From Balanoglossus misakiensis (taxonomy: Eukaryota; Animalia; Hemichordata): DNA of 64,000 bases. Below, one piece after another: positions 25,001-35,491 of this stretch (the first letter of the stretch is position 1; every line of letters starts with the position of its first letter). The notes beneath the pieces were generated by a model. It saw nothing but the letters and a program-made list of their open reading frames with translations, did not search any database and was not told the origin of the DNA. Location: contig CM082590.2 of assembly GCA_040954595.2 (NCBI GenBank), positions 1,426,001 through 1,490,000 of the forward strand. Reading direction: 5' to 3'. Made by a program: the position numbers and the translations under genes.

Positions 25001-28000
25001 CCTACCAATGTAGCTATTGTATTTTCCACTTTTTGTAAGTGAAGCCTGACTGTCGCCTGTCTTAGGTCACCACTTCATAAGCGGTCTTACCCGTCATTGG
25101 CACAAACAGTCTCAGGAAGTAAGCTTTCAGCCTACCAATGTAGCTATTGTATTTTCCACTTTTTGTAAGTGAAGCCTGACTGTCGCCTGTCTTAGGTCAC
25201 CACTTCATCAGCGGTCATACCCGTTATTGGCACAAACAGTCTCAGGAAGTAAGCTTTCAGCCTACCAATGTAGCTATTAAATTTTCCACTTTTTGTAAGT
25301 GAAGCCTGACTGTCGCCTGTCTTAGGTCACCACTTCATAAGAGGTCTTACCCGTCATTGGCACAAACAGTCTCAAGAAGTAAGCTTTCAGCCTACCAATG
25401 TAGCTATTATATTTTCCACTTTTTGTAAGTGAAGCCTGACTGTCGCCTGTCTTAGGTCACCACTTCATAAGCGGTCTTACCCGTCATTGGCACAAACAGT
25501 GTCAGGAAGTAAGCTTTCAGCCTACCAATGTAGCTATTATATTTTCCACTTTTTGTAAGTGAAGCCTGACTGTCGCCTGTCTTAGGTCACCACTTCATAA
25601 GCGGTCTTACCCGTCATTGGCACAAACAGTCTCAGGAAGTAAGCTTTCAGCCTACCAATGTAGCTATTGTATTTTCCACTCTTTGTAACTGAAGCCTGAC
25701 TGTCACCTGTCTTAGGTCACCACTTCATAAGAGGTCTTACCCGTCATTGGCACAAACAGTCTCAGGAAGTATGCTTTCAGCCTACAAATGTAGCTATTAT
25801 ATTTTCCACTTTTCGTAAGTGAAGCCTTACTGTCGCCTGTCTTAGGTCACCACTTCATAAGCGGTCTTACCCGTCATTGGCACAAACAGTCTCAGGAAGT
25901 AAGCTTTCAGCCTACCAATGTAGCTATTGTATTTTCCACTTTTTGTAAGTGAAGCCTGACTGTCGCCTGTCTTAGGTCACCACTTCATAAGCGGTCTTAC
26001 CCGTCATTGGCACAAACAGTCTCAGGAAGTAAGCTTTCAGCCTACCAATGTAGCTATTGTATTTTCCACTTTTTGTAAGTGAAGCCTGACTGTCGCCTGT
26101 CTTAGGTCACCACTTCATCAGCGGTCATACCCGTTATTGGCACAAACAGTCTCAGGAAGTAAGCTTTCAGCCTACCAATGTAGCTATTAAATTTTCCACT
26201 TTTTGTAAGTGAAGCCTGACTGTCGCCTGTCTTAGGTCACCACTTCATAAGAGGTCTTACCCGTCATTGGCACAAACAGTCTCAAGAAGTAAGCTTTCAG
26301 CCTACCAATGTAGCTATTATATTTTCCACTTTTTGTAAGTGAAGCCTGACTGTCGCCTGTCTTAGGTCACCACTTCATAAGCGGTCTTACCCGTCATTGG
26401 CACAAACAGTGTCAGGAAGTAAGCTTTCAGCCTACCAATGTAGCTATTATATTTTCCACTTTTTGTAAGTGAAGCCTGACTGTCGCCTGTCTTAGGTCAC
26501 CACTTCATAAGCGGTCTTACCCGTCATTGGCACAAACAGTCTCAGGAAGTAAGCTTTCAGCCTACCAATGTAGCTATTGTATTTTCCACTCTTTGTAAGT
26601 GAAGCCTGACTATCGCCTGTCTTAGGTCACCACTTCATAAGAGGTCTTACCCGTCATTGGCACAAACAGTCTCAGGAAGTAAGCTTTCAGCCTACCAATG
26701 TAGCTATTATATTTTCCACTTTTTGTAAGTGAAGCCTGACTGTCGCCTGTCTTAGGTCACCACTTCATAAGCGGTCTTACCCGTCATTGGCACAAACAGT
26801 GTCAGGAAGTAAGCTTTCAGCCTACAAATGTAGCTATTATATTTTCCACTTTTTGTAAGTGAAGCCTGACTGTCGCCTGTCTTAGGTCACCACTTCATAA
26901 GCGGTCTTACCCGTCATTGGCACAAACAGTCTCAGGAAGTAAGCTTTCAGCCTACCAATGTAGCTATTATATTTTCCAATTTTTGTAAGTGAAGCCTGAC
27001 TGTCGCCTGTCTTAGGTCACCACTTCATAAGCGGTCTTACCCGTCATTGGCACAAACAGTCTCAGGAAGTAAGCTTTCAGCCTACCAATGTAGCTATTAT
27101 ATTTTCCACTTTTTGTAAGTGAAGACTGACTGTCGCCGGTCTTAGGTCACCACTTCATAAGCGGTCTTAACCGTCATTGGCACAAACAGTCTCAGGAAGT
27201 AAGCTTTCAGCCTACCAATGTAGCTATTGTATTTTCCACTTTTTGTAAGTGAAGCCTGACTATCGCCTGTCTTAGATCACCACTTCATAAGCGGTCTTAC
27301 CCGTCATTGGCACAAACAGTCTCAGGAAGTAAGCTTTCAGCCTACCAATGTAGCTATTATATTTTCCAATTTTTGTAAGTGAAGCCTGACTGTCGCCTGT
27401 CTTAGGTCACCACTTCATAAGCGGTCTTACCCGTCATTGGCACAAACAGTCTAAGGAAGTAAGCTTTTAGCCTACCAATGTAGCTATTGTATTTTCCACT
27501 TTTTGTAACTGAAGCCTGACTGTCACCTGTCTTAGGTCACCACTTCATAAGAGGTCTTACCCGTCATTGGCACAAACAGTCGCAGGAAGTAAGCTTTCAG
27601 CCTACCAATGGAGCTATTGTATTTTCCACTTTTTGTAAGTGAAGCCTGACTGTCGCCTGTCTTAGGTCATCACTTCATAAGCGGTCTTACCCGTCATTGG
27701 CACAAACAGTCTAAGGAAGTAAGCTTTTAGCCTACCAATGTAGCTATTGTATTTTCCACTGTTTGTAAGTGAAGCCTGACTGTCACCTGTCTTAGGTTAC
27801 CACTTCATAAGCGGTCTTACCCGTCATTGGCACAAACAGTCTCAGGAAGTAAGCTTTCAGCCTACCAATGTAGCTATTATATTTTCCACTTTTTGTAAGT
27901 GAAGACTGACTGTCGCCGGTCTTGGGTCACCACTTCATAAGCGGTCTTACCCGTCATTGGCACAAACAGTGTCAGGAAGTAAGCTTTCAGCCTACCAATG

Positions 28001-29819
28001 TAGCTATTGTATTTTCCACTCTTTGTAAGTGAAGCCTGACTATCGCCTGTCTTAGGTCACCACTTCATAAGCGGTCTTACCCGTCATTGGCACAAACAGT
28101 CTCAGGAAGTAAGCTTTCAGCCTACCAATGTAGCTATTGTATTTTCCACTCTTTGTAAGTGAAGCCTGACTATCGCCTGTCTTAGGTCACCACTTCATAA
28201 GCGGTCTTACCCGTCATTGGCACAAACAGTCTCAGGAAGTAAGCTTTCAGCCTACCAATGTAGCTATTATATTTTCCACTTTTTGTAAGTGAAGACTGAC
28301 TGTCGCCGGTCTTAGGTCACCACTTCATAAGCGGTCTTACCCGTCATTGGCACAAACAGTGTCAGGAAGTAAGCTTTCAGCCTACCAATGTAGCTATTGT
28401 ATTTTCCACTCTTTGTAAGTGAAGCCTGACTATCGCCTGTCTTAGGTCACCACTTCATAAGCGGTCTTACCCGTCATTGGCACAAACAGTCTAAGGAAGT
28501 AAGCTTTTAGCCTACCAATGTAGCTATTGTATTTTCCACTTTTTGTAACTGAAGCCTGACTGTCACCTGTCTTAGGTCACCACTTCATAAGAGGTCTTAC
28601 CCGTCATTGGCACAAACAGTCGCAGGAAGTAAGCTTTCAGCCTACCAATGGAGCTATTATAATTTCCACTTTTTGTAAGTGAAGCCTGACTGTCGCCTGT
28701 CTTAGGTCACCACTTCATAAGAGGTCTTACCCGTCATTGGCACAAACAGTCTCAGGGTTAGCTTTCAGCCTACCAATGGAGCTATAATATTTTTCACTTT
28801 TTGTAACTGAAGCCTGACTGTCACCTGTCTTAGGTCACCACTTTATAAGCGGTCTTACCCGTCATTGGCACAAACAGTCTAAGGAAGTAAGCTTTCAGCC
28901 TACCAAAGTAGCTATTATATTTTCCACTTTTTGTAAGTGAAGCCTGACTGTCGCCTGTCTTAGGTCACCACTTCATAAGCGGTCTTACCCGTCATTGGCA
29001 CAAACAGTCTCAGGAAGTAAGCTTTCAGCCTACAAATGTAGCTATTATATTTTCCACTTTTTGTAAGTGAAGCCTGACTGTCGCCTGTCTTAGGTCACCA
29101 CTTCATAAGCGGTCTTACCCGTCATTGGCACAAACAGTCTCAGGAAGTAAGCTTTCAGCCTACCAATGTAGCTATTGTATTTTCCACTTTTTGTAAGTGA
29201 AGCCTGACTGTCGCCTGTCTTAGGTCACCACTTCATCAGCGGTCATACCCGTTATTGGCACAAACAGTCTCAGGAAGTAAGCTTTCAGCCTACCAATGTA
29301 GCTATTAAATTTTCCACTTTTTGTAATTGAAGCCTGACTGTCACCTGTCTTAGGTCACCACTTCATAAGCGGTCTTACCCGTCATTGGCACAAACAGTCT
29401 CAGGAAGTAAGCTTTCAGCCTACCAATGTAGCTATTGTATTTTCCACTCTTTGTAAGTGAAGCCTGACTATCGCCTGTCTTAGGTCACCACTTCATAAGA
29501 GGTCTTACCCGTCATTGGCACAAACAGTCTCAGGAAGTAAGCTTTCAGCCTACCAATGTAGCTATTATATTTTCCACTTTTTGTAAGTGAAGCCTGACTG
29601 TCGCCTGTCTTAGGTCACCACTTCATAAGCGGTCTTACCCGTCATTGGCACAAACAGTCTAAGGAAGTAAGCTTTCAGCCTACCAATGTAGCTATTATAT
29701 TTTCCACTTTTTGTAAGTGAAGCCTGACTGTATCCTGTCTTAGATCACCACTTCATAAGAGGTCTTACCCGTCATTGGACAAACAGTCTCAGGAAGTAAG
29801 CTTTCAGCCTACCAAAGTA
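10065..29819. repeat. 130-bp satellite array, left block (~152 monomers)
   Basis: Consensus AGCTATTATATTTTCCACTTTTTGTAAGTGAAGCCTGACTGTCGCCTGTCTTAGGTCACCACTTCATAAGCGGTCTTACCCGTCATTGGCACAAACAGTCTCAGGAAGTAAGCTTTCAGCCTACCAATGT. One HindIII site per consensus monomer and only a few substitutions per unit. Confidence 0.99.
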
Positions 29820-31331
29820 CACTACAGACTGAATGTCCTGTTCTACCTGGCGCGCCTGCTCTTGAACGCAGCAAGCCAGGTGGCTCGCCCTGCTCGCCAG
29901 GCCCGATGAGCGTGCTTGCTGAGCGCGCCAGGCTTGAATCCTGAATATTTATGAGCTACCTGGCTTGCATGGCCAGCCGGGTCACAGGAAGCGCGCTTGT
30001 TTACCTGGCGCGCTAGGCTTGCTCCTTGTCTATGGGCTTCATTATGTGTAGGGAACGCGTAGACCCACGCTACCCGAAACCACAAGCTCAGTCCCAAATT
30101 CGAAAGCAAGCATGCACGCAAAAAGTATTGAAATTATTTATTAAGACAAAAAACCATCGAAAACACCTTAACTATTTAGATTTAAAAATCACCAAGCGAC
30201 TAGTGGGCCAGTCTACTGGCGCACCGGTTGCTTACCAGCAAGGAAGCAGGTCGGTTTGAACTCCAAACACGTTTGATTGATCCATAGGGTCTATGATATG
30301 ATGGCATTTCTGGTTTTTCTAGTCTAGTTGCGCAACCTCCAATTCAGATAAAGAATGCAAGTGGTTCAAAACACTATGTACATGTAGTCATTTATGTTCA
30401 TTTGTAACCTGTGTTTTATGTTACCACAGATGCATACATGTAAAGCATACACGTACAAACTACAGATCAATTGCAGCAACTTAAAAATGACGAATATCGT
30501 AGCACTTCCTGTTTCTTGCTAACAGGGGATTAGCCCTCAGAATATGTGTGCGTCCACACACTAAACGGACATTGTTTTGAGATCAACGCCGTCTAAATGG
30601 CAATGTTTAGGAACACGGCAACTAACAAAATTTGAGGACGTCGAGGACATGTAATTGCAACATATCTCAGTTTCTATACCTGGATATGCGTTCTGGACGA
30701 CTTTGTCGTCTTCTTCATGACCGTTTTGATATCGTTTAGAAGTACTGGATGTTAATCCACAAATCGAAAACGCCTCGTCTTTTCGGCGATCGAAAGCACC
30801 TAAAGTTGGCTAACTGCGAGTGGCTAGAAAACCACTCGCGTCCAGTGTTATTGACTCAACAATGGAAACTGACCCAAGACAATAGGTTACCTAGATAAAC
30901 ATAATCAAAAGTCACGACAGGGTTGTGCTTTGCGTTCTCACTGTATATTTGCTTCGGTCTGGATCTGAACCACCCGTCATCGCTGTCGAAAATTAACACC
31001 GGCGCAGCACAGGCGAAAAGCATTCTCCGTCGGAGTCGTATCTGGATCGTTGCTACACCGGTACTACACCGTTGAAAACGTTAATCAATGTACAACTCTC
31101 CTTCTCAACATAAGTTTTATTTCAGACTAGGCATTCAAGGAGGGGCGTTCAATTCACTACGCACAAAATGTGTCCGTTGTCAGTGTTAGTTTTCTTTATT
31201 AAGCATTTAAAACACAATTACACTACATTAGTTGTACAAATGCAAGGGAACATTTCCTTTCTGAACGAGAGAATGACAATCCGACAAACATGCTGATAAA
31301 GCCCCCCCCCCCCCCCCCAAAAAAAAAAACA

Positions 31332-32250
31332 TCAACGGCGGAGAGCTTTATCGATTGCCTTGCACTGTTTTGACCACACGTCGCGCTCGGCGGATCGCGG
31401 GAAATCGTGGGATTATATTACCATGGCCTGTGCGTCGCATTTTAATTGGTCGAGATGAACGACGTCACTGACCACAAATACTCAGTAATGGTTTGTTTAC
31501 ATCCCCGTAAATCTGAATAGTAATATTAGCAAACAGTTAAGTGAATACAAAATTTTGCGTAACACAAGTTCCGGGGCCCCTTGTGGGACATTTTCGTAAA
31601 TTTTGACGGTTTTCTTGATTTTGTTGGTAATATAATGGAAATAACCGACTCCGCCCTGACCATAAACGTTAGTTTATTGGCGCGGGCTCGAGGAAAGCCA
31701 AAATTCATGGGCGAGGCTTCCGAGCCCATGAATTTTTGGTTTTCCCCTCACCCTTACCCATAAACCATCGTTAATGGTCAGGGCGGAGTCCATTATTTCT
31801 AAAATATTTTCGGAAAGTTGCTCCTTCAACTTTCTTAAGCCTTCTGGGACTTAACTTCAATTTCTGTTTGGTACCCCCAAACACACGCCCTGTGCAATTA
31901 CGTCCGGCGCGTTCACTCGGCGAATAAACCATAAACACAAGGTTCTTGGCAAAGTTGCCTGTAGAGCAACTTACGACCTTACACCGGTCTATATATGATT
32001 CTGGTATGAGAACATCCCCGGTGATAGGGGGGAACCATAGTGGAGGCGGAGTAGTCTCAATCATCCCCGTTGTCTGCGGGGACGTGAGAATCGGCTGTAC
32101 TGCCGGCTGTAGTGTAGTTTGGAACGGTGGTGTAATATCAGCGGCTGGGCGTGGTGGGAGTGGTGTTGGTGACAAGATGGGCGCTGGTGGAATCGGCGGG
32201 GGCATGTTCATAGTGCCTGATCGAATGAATTGAACGATCGTTACACACAT
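31332..32250 (-). pseudogene. Pro/Thr-rich protein with a C-terminal BEN domain, interrupted by a nested insertion
   Basis: ORF 32250-31771 has SCSTGNFAKNLVFMVYSPSERAGRNCTG..KLKLSPRRLKKVEGATFRKY, a BEN-like pattern. The missing final helix SHDFPRSAERDVWSKQCKAIDKALRR* is encoded at 31412-31332. Confidence 0.75.
31413..31806. mobile_element. ~390-bp nested non-autonomous element ending in a 176-bp imperfect palindrome (Crypton-like, tentative)
   Basis: 31631-31806 folds on itself (GACTCCGCCCTGACCAT / ATGGTCAGGGCGGAGTC; AAAATTCATGGGC / GCCCATGAATTTT; centre GAGGCTTCCGA). It splits the BEN frame and has no GT-AG ends on the - strand. Confidence 0.6.
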
Positions 32251-33486
32251 TATTGTCGCGGTGAACGGACGCGCGTATACGTGTTGTCGAACACAGACAA
32301 CAGTGTGGTCGATATTCTGACTGATCTCTTAGTTTCTCTGTTTGGGAAATGGATGAAGTCACATTATTGTGCTTCGTAAGACGCAAATTACAATACTAGT
32401 ATGTATCTAATATTTGAGTCATAGATTGTTCTTGTTTTCATGAGCCTGACACTCAGAACTATGACCCTAGGATCCTAGTGACCGGCGCATCAAATTGTAT
32501 TTTTAAAACAAATCACAGACAAAAATGTACTGACTTCAGAAGTTTTTGTTCATTGAGTTCACACATTTTTTATTTTGAAGTACTGACGAACAAAAAGGTG
32601 ATAACAACCTGAAGAACGTGGCTGGCCGAGCATAAACATGTAACACCCGTGGACGCTGGGAGATACAGTACAGAGAAAGCGGGTAGATTTTTACTCTGAA
32701 ACAAAGATAAGCTTTAATAGATGCAGTGTATCACTATTTCCTAAATTTACATCACGACCGCGCAACGTAACTGCGGTCCATTGCATGTAAGTGTGTGGGC
32801 ATCTACACAAAAAACAGCGACACGGTGCCGTTACAATTATTCCAGCTAAATATAAACACAAGAAAACACGAATCGCGATCTGTGGATTCCCTGGATATGA
32901 TTTTGAATCTGCAATAGACTCTATAATTTTGGAGATCATGTTGAGGAGAAAAACTTGATCGCACAAATTAGTGAAAAATACATTTATGGGGTAGCCGGTA
33001 CGATCCTACTGACCAAAGGCTACCTCCCGGGGCCCACCCCATTCACACCTGTGATTTACTAATGTGCAGGCAGGTCATCAGTAGGCTTTCTTTTTCCTGT
33101 TATGCAGATTATTCTTCATTGTTGATTTCATATGAGTATCAATGCGTATGACTGCTCGCAGTATACTCTCGGTCTTGATTGTTCTGACTTTTTCGTCCAT
33201 AAATCTGACTACGTCCGCGACCCTTGTGGAGTGACCGTGATTCAAGCAAGCGAAAATAGCTACCCATCACTCTAATTATTGCAGCTATGCTAGTTATAAA
33301 CACAATCGCAATTTTGATCGTGACATAGACCATATATACTTTTAAATTTAAAAGGAAAAATGAAACTTTTACTTTTGATGCATTAATTTACGAGCAGTGA
33401 TTTAAGTGTGAAAAATAAAAGTACGTTCGAAGCCCTCGCTGTTTCTTCTGACAGCGGTATAGCCTCAGCGGGTTTTCCCGCTCTGC

Positions 33487-33588
33487 ACTCGGATAGAAAG
33501 CAGAAAATCCACAATGTCTGACAGGTGACAGGTAGTAACTCGGATAGAAAGCAGAAATGTAAGGAAAATCCACAATGTCTGACAGGTG
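33487..33588. repeat. Short imperfect direct duplication
   Basis: ACTCGGATAGAAAGCAGAAA and GAAAATCCACAATGTCTGACAGGTG each occur twice. Confidence 0.8.
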
Positions 33589-33929
33589 GTCAGTTTGTAC
33601 AATGAGTAACTCTCATGACAAATCCTTTATCTTCGAAAGAGACCACTTCAAATTGGGAGAAACAATTAGGTGTTAACGATAATGGCGTTGCTTTGTTGTT
33701 TTTTTCTGTGCTGAAAGGCATTTTTGTATTGGGGTAAAGAAAATTGTGTACAAATTATTACACGTCACATTTGTCGACTCCTGTATTTCAAAACACACGG
33801 TACCACAAACGAGAACATGCACCGTCTCCCCTCACTGCCAGTCCCACTGACATCGCCCCTCTACTGAACTAGGGAACAATGAGTCAGGGGGGCCTAGAGC
33901 CAAGTTTAGTTGGGCCATTACCGATAAGT

Positions 33930-34033
33930 ACCGAAACGACTGGGGTGTCGGGGCCGAACAGACCGGGGTCGTGAAAATTGGGGGCCGAAACGATTGGGAT
34001 CGAAAATCTTTTGGGCCGAAACGACCTGTTACC
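33930..34033. repeat. Cluster of (GG)CCGAAACGAC motifs; probable end of another nested DNA transposon
   Basis: CCGAAACGAC, GGGGCCGAAC, GGGGCCGAAACGAT and GGGCCGAAACGACCTGTTACC lie within ~100 bp. No partner end was found. Confidence 0.45.
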
Positions 34034-35491
34034 GTATTGACAAACCGATAATCCTCGCAAAGTTCGGTCGTATTTAAAGTACAAAGGATCCTTTCCTTTT
34101 TTGTTGTTGTTGCTCGATGGATCATTATTCAGAAGGTCTATTTGAACATGCACGTCTCTATGGCTTCTCAGTGTACATGTATATAGACTGTGCCGTGTCG
34201 ATGGTTTCTGGTCATTTGTTTGTGTGGCAACGAGTTTCAATAAGTTATATTTGCATATCGAGAGAGTGTGTTCTGCATTAAAGTTTCCGCCCCAAGCACT
34301 AGATTACTGAATAAGTTCAGAGCTGATTCTCGACTTTAGTAGTTCCGACATCGATGCATTTTCCCGTTTTGCTGTTTATTTGTACTTGAGGACATTTTTA
34401 TTCTACTCTGATGTGACTTGTCCCTATTATTTTTCACATGTTCTAAAATAAAAAGAAATGTGTGCACCTGTATCTAACTCACTGACGGTGAGTTTAAGAT
34501 CTACTTAAACTGGCATTGAATATGGCTGGAGTCTATGCAATAGTTTGACAGAATGAGCACAAGCTAGACATTTCATAGTTATTCAGGAGTGCTTGTTTGA
34601 TGCGGATTGTATGTTGTTACATGGAGGTGGGACGGAAAGGAACTACACCTGCTACTCTTGTTTTTGAGGCAAGTCTGTGATTCCACTTGTTTACCGAGTA
34701 AACACGACTGTTTATTGGCAAGGCTACTCGCATGTGGCTGACAACAAAAGGAAATCAATAAAATAAAAGTTTGATACACGAAGAATGCAATCAGAACACA
34801 ATATTCATTCTATTGTTTTGAGAATATCCATCTAATTTATCAGGCTATGAAACAGGTAGAGAGTCCCTGCGTTAGACCATAGCTACGCGCGATTGTACAA
34901 TCATGTATTAAAACAAACATGGCGTCGATCGACGACATCACATCACGAAGAGAGATCGAGTCACAGTCCGATCGAGTAATGGAGGTAGAACCCCAGGCAA
35001 ACGCGAACGATCTTACTTGTTTGCTAACTTTTATGATTAGGTTGCAATGATCAATCTAGGCCCGATCAAGAAGACTGAGCTAGAATTTGTCGTGGTAAAC
35101 CATGACACATTGATTACATCTCGGACACATGCAGACCATCTCTTTTTACGTCCATGTGCAGACACACACGAAACGTCTAATTTATTCCGACGGGTGACAT
35201 GCTAGCCCAATTCTTAACTCCAGAATTCTCAAACATGCCTTCTTCTCATTCTAAGACTGACAGACTTCTCATGTGTTCATTCGGGCCCGCCAAACACAGC
35301 AAGCGCAGCGGGCCCATGGGCTAGCTGGGCCCGGTGGGCCCGAATGCGGGCCCACCAAACACATTTAATTAGCAAGTCCTGCGGGCCCATGGGCCTGCTG
35401 GGCCCGGAGGGTCCGAGCCCCCTGGCGCGCGCAGCAAGCCACTGAGAGCGCCAGGCAAGCGCGCCATGTGCAAGACATTCAGTCTGTAGTG

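Larger units (their letters stand above)
29820..35491. mobile_element. 5672-bp CACTA/EnSpm-like (CMC) non-autonomous DNA transposon inserted in the satellite
   Basis: 18-bp perfect TIRs CACTACAGACTGAATGTC (29820-29837; 35474-35491). TA is duplicated at 29818-29819 and 35492-35493, and the satellite resumes in register. GC-rich subterminal repeats (CCTGGCGCGC, GCAGCAAGCC, CGCCAGGC) occur at both ends. Confidence 0.9.

Noticed and set aside
29820-29837. Transib/RAG-like assignment from CAC termini
   Set aside because: The duplication is 2 bp (TA), not the 5 bp typical of Transib and ProtoRAG. No heptamer-nonamer structure seen.
29843-30259. Short ORFs at the element ends (also 35277-35510)
   Set aside because: They arise from GC-rich subterminal repeats and show no domain motifs.
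30525-31080. Possible decayed coding or transposase remnant inside the CACTA element (also an ATGGCG start near 34919)
   Set aside because: Frequent stops and no recognisable motif by eye. Needs a translated search.
31302-31329. C-run followed by an A-run just past the BEN stop codon
   Set aside because: A simple homopolymer. The A-run is on the wrong strand for a poly(A) tail of the BEN gene, and no TSD was seen.
31946-32233. Gly-rich + strand ORF
   Set aside because: Antisense shadow of the Pro-rich part of the BEN ORF.
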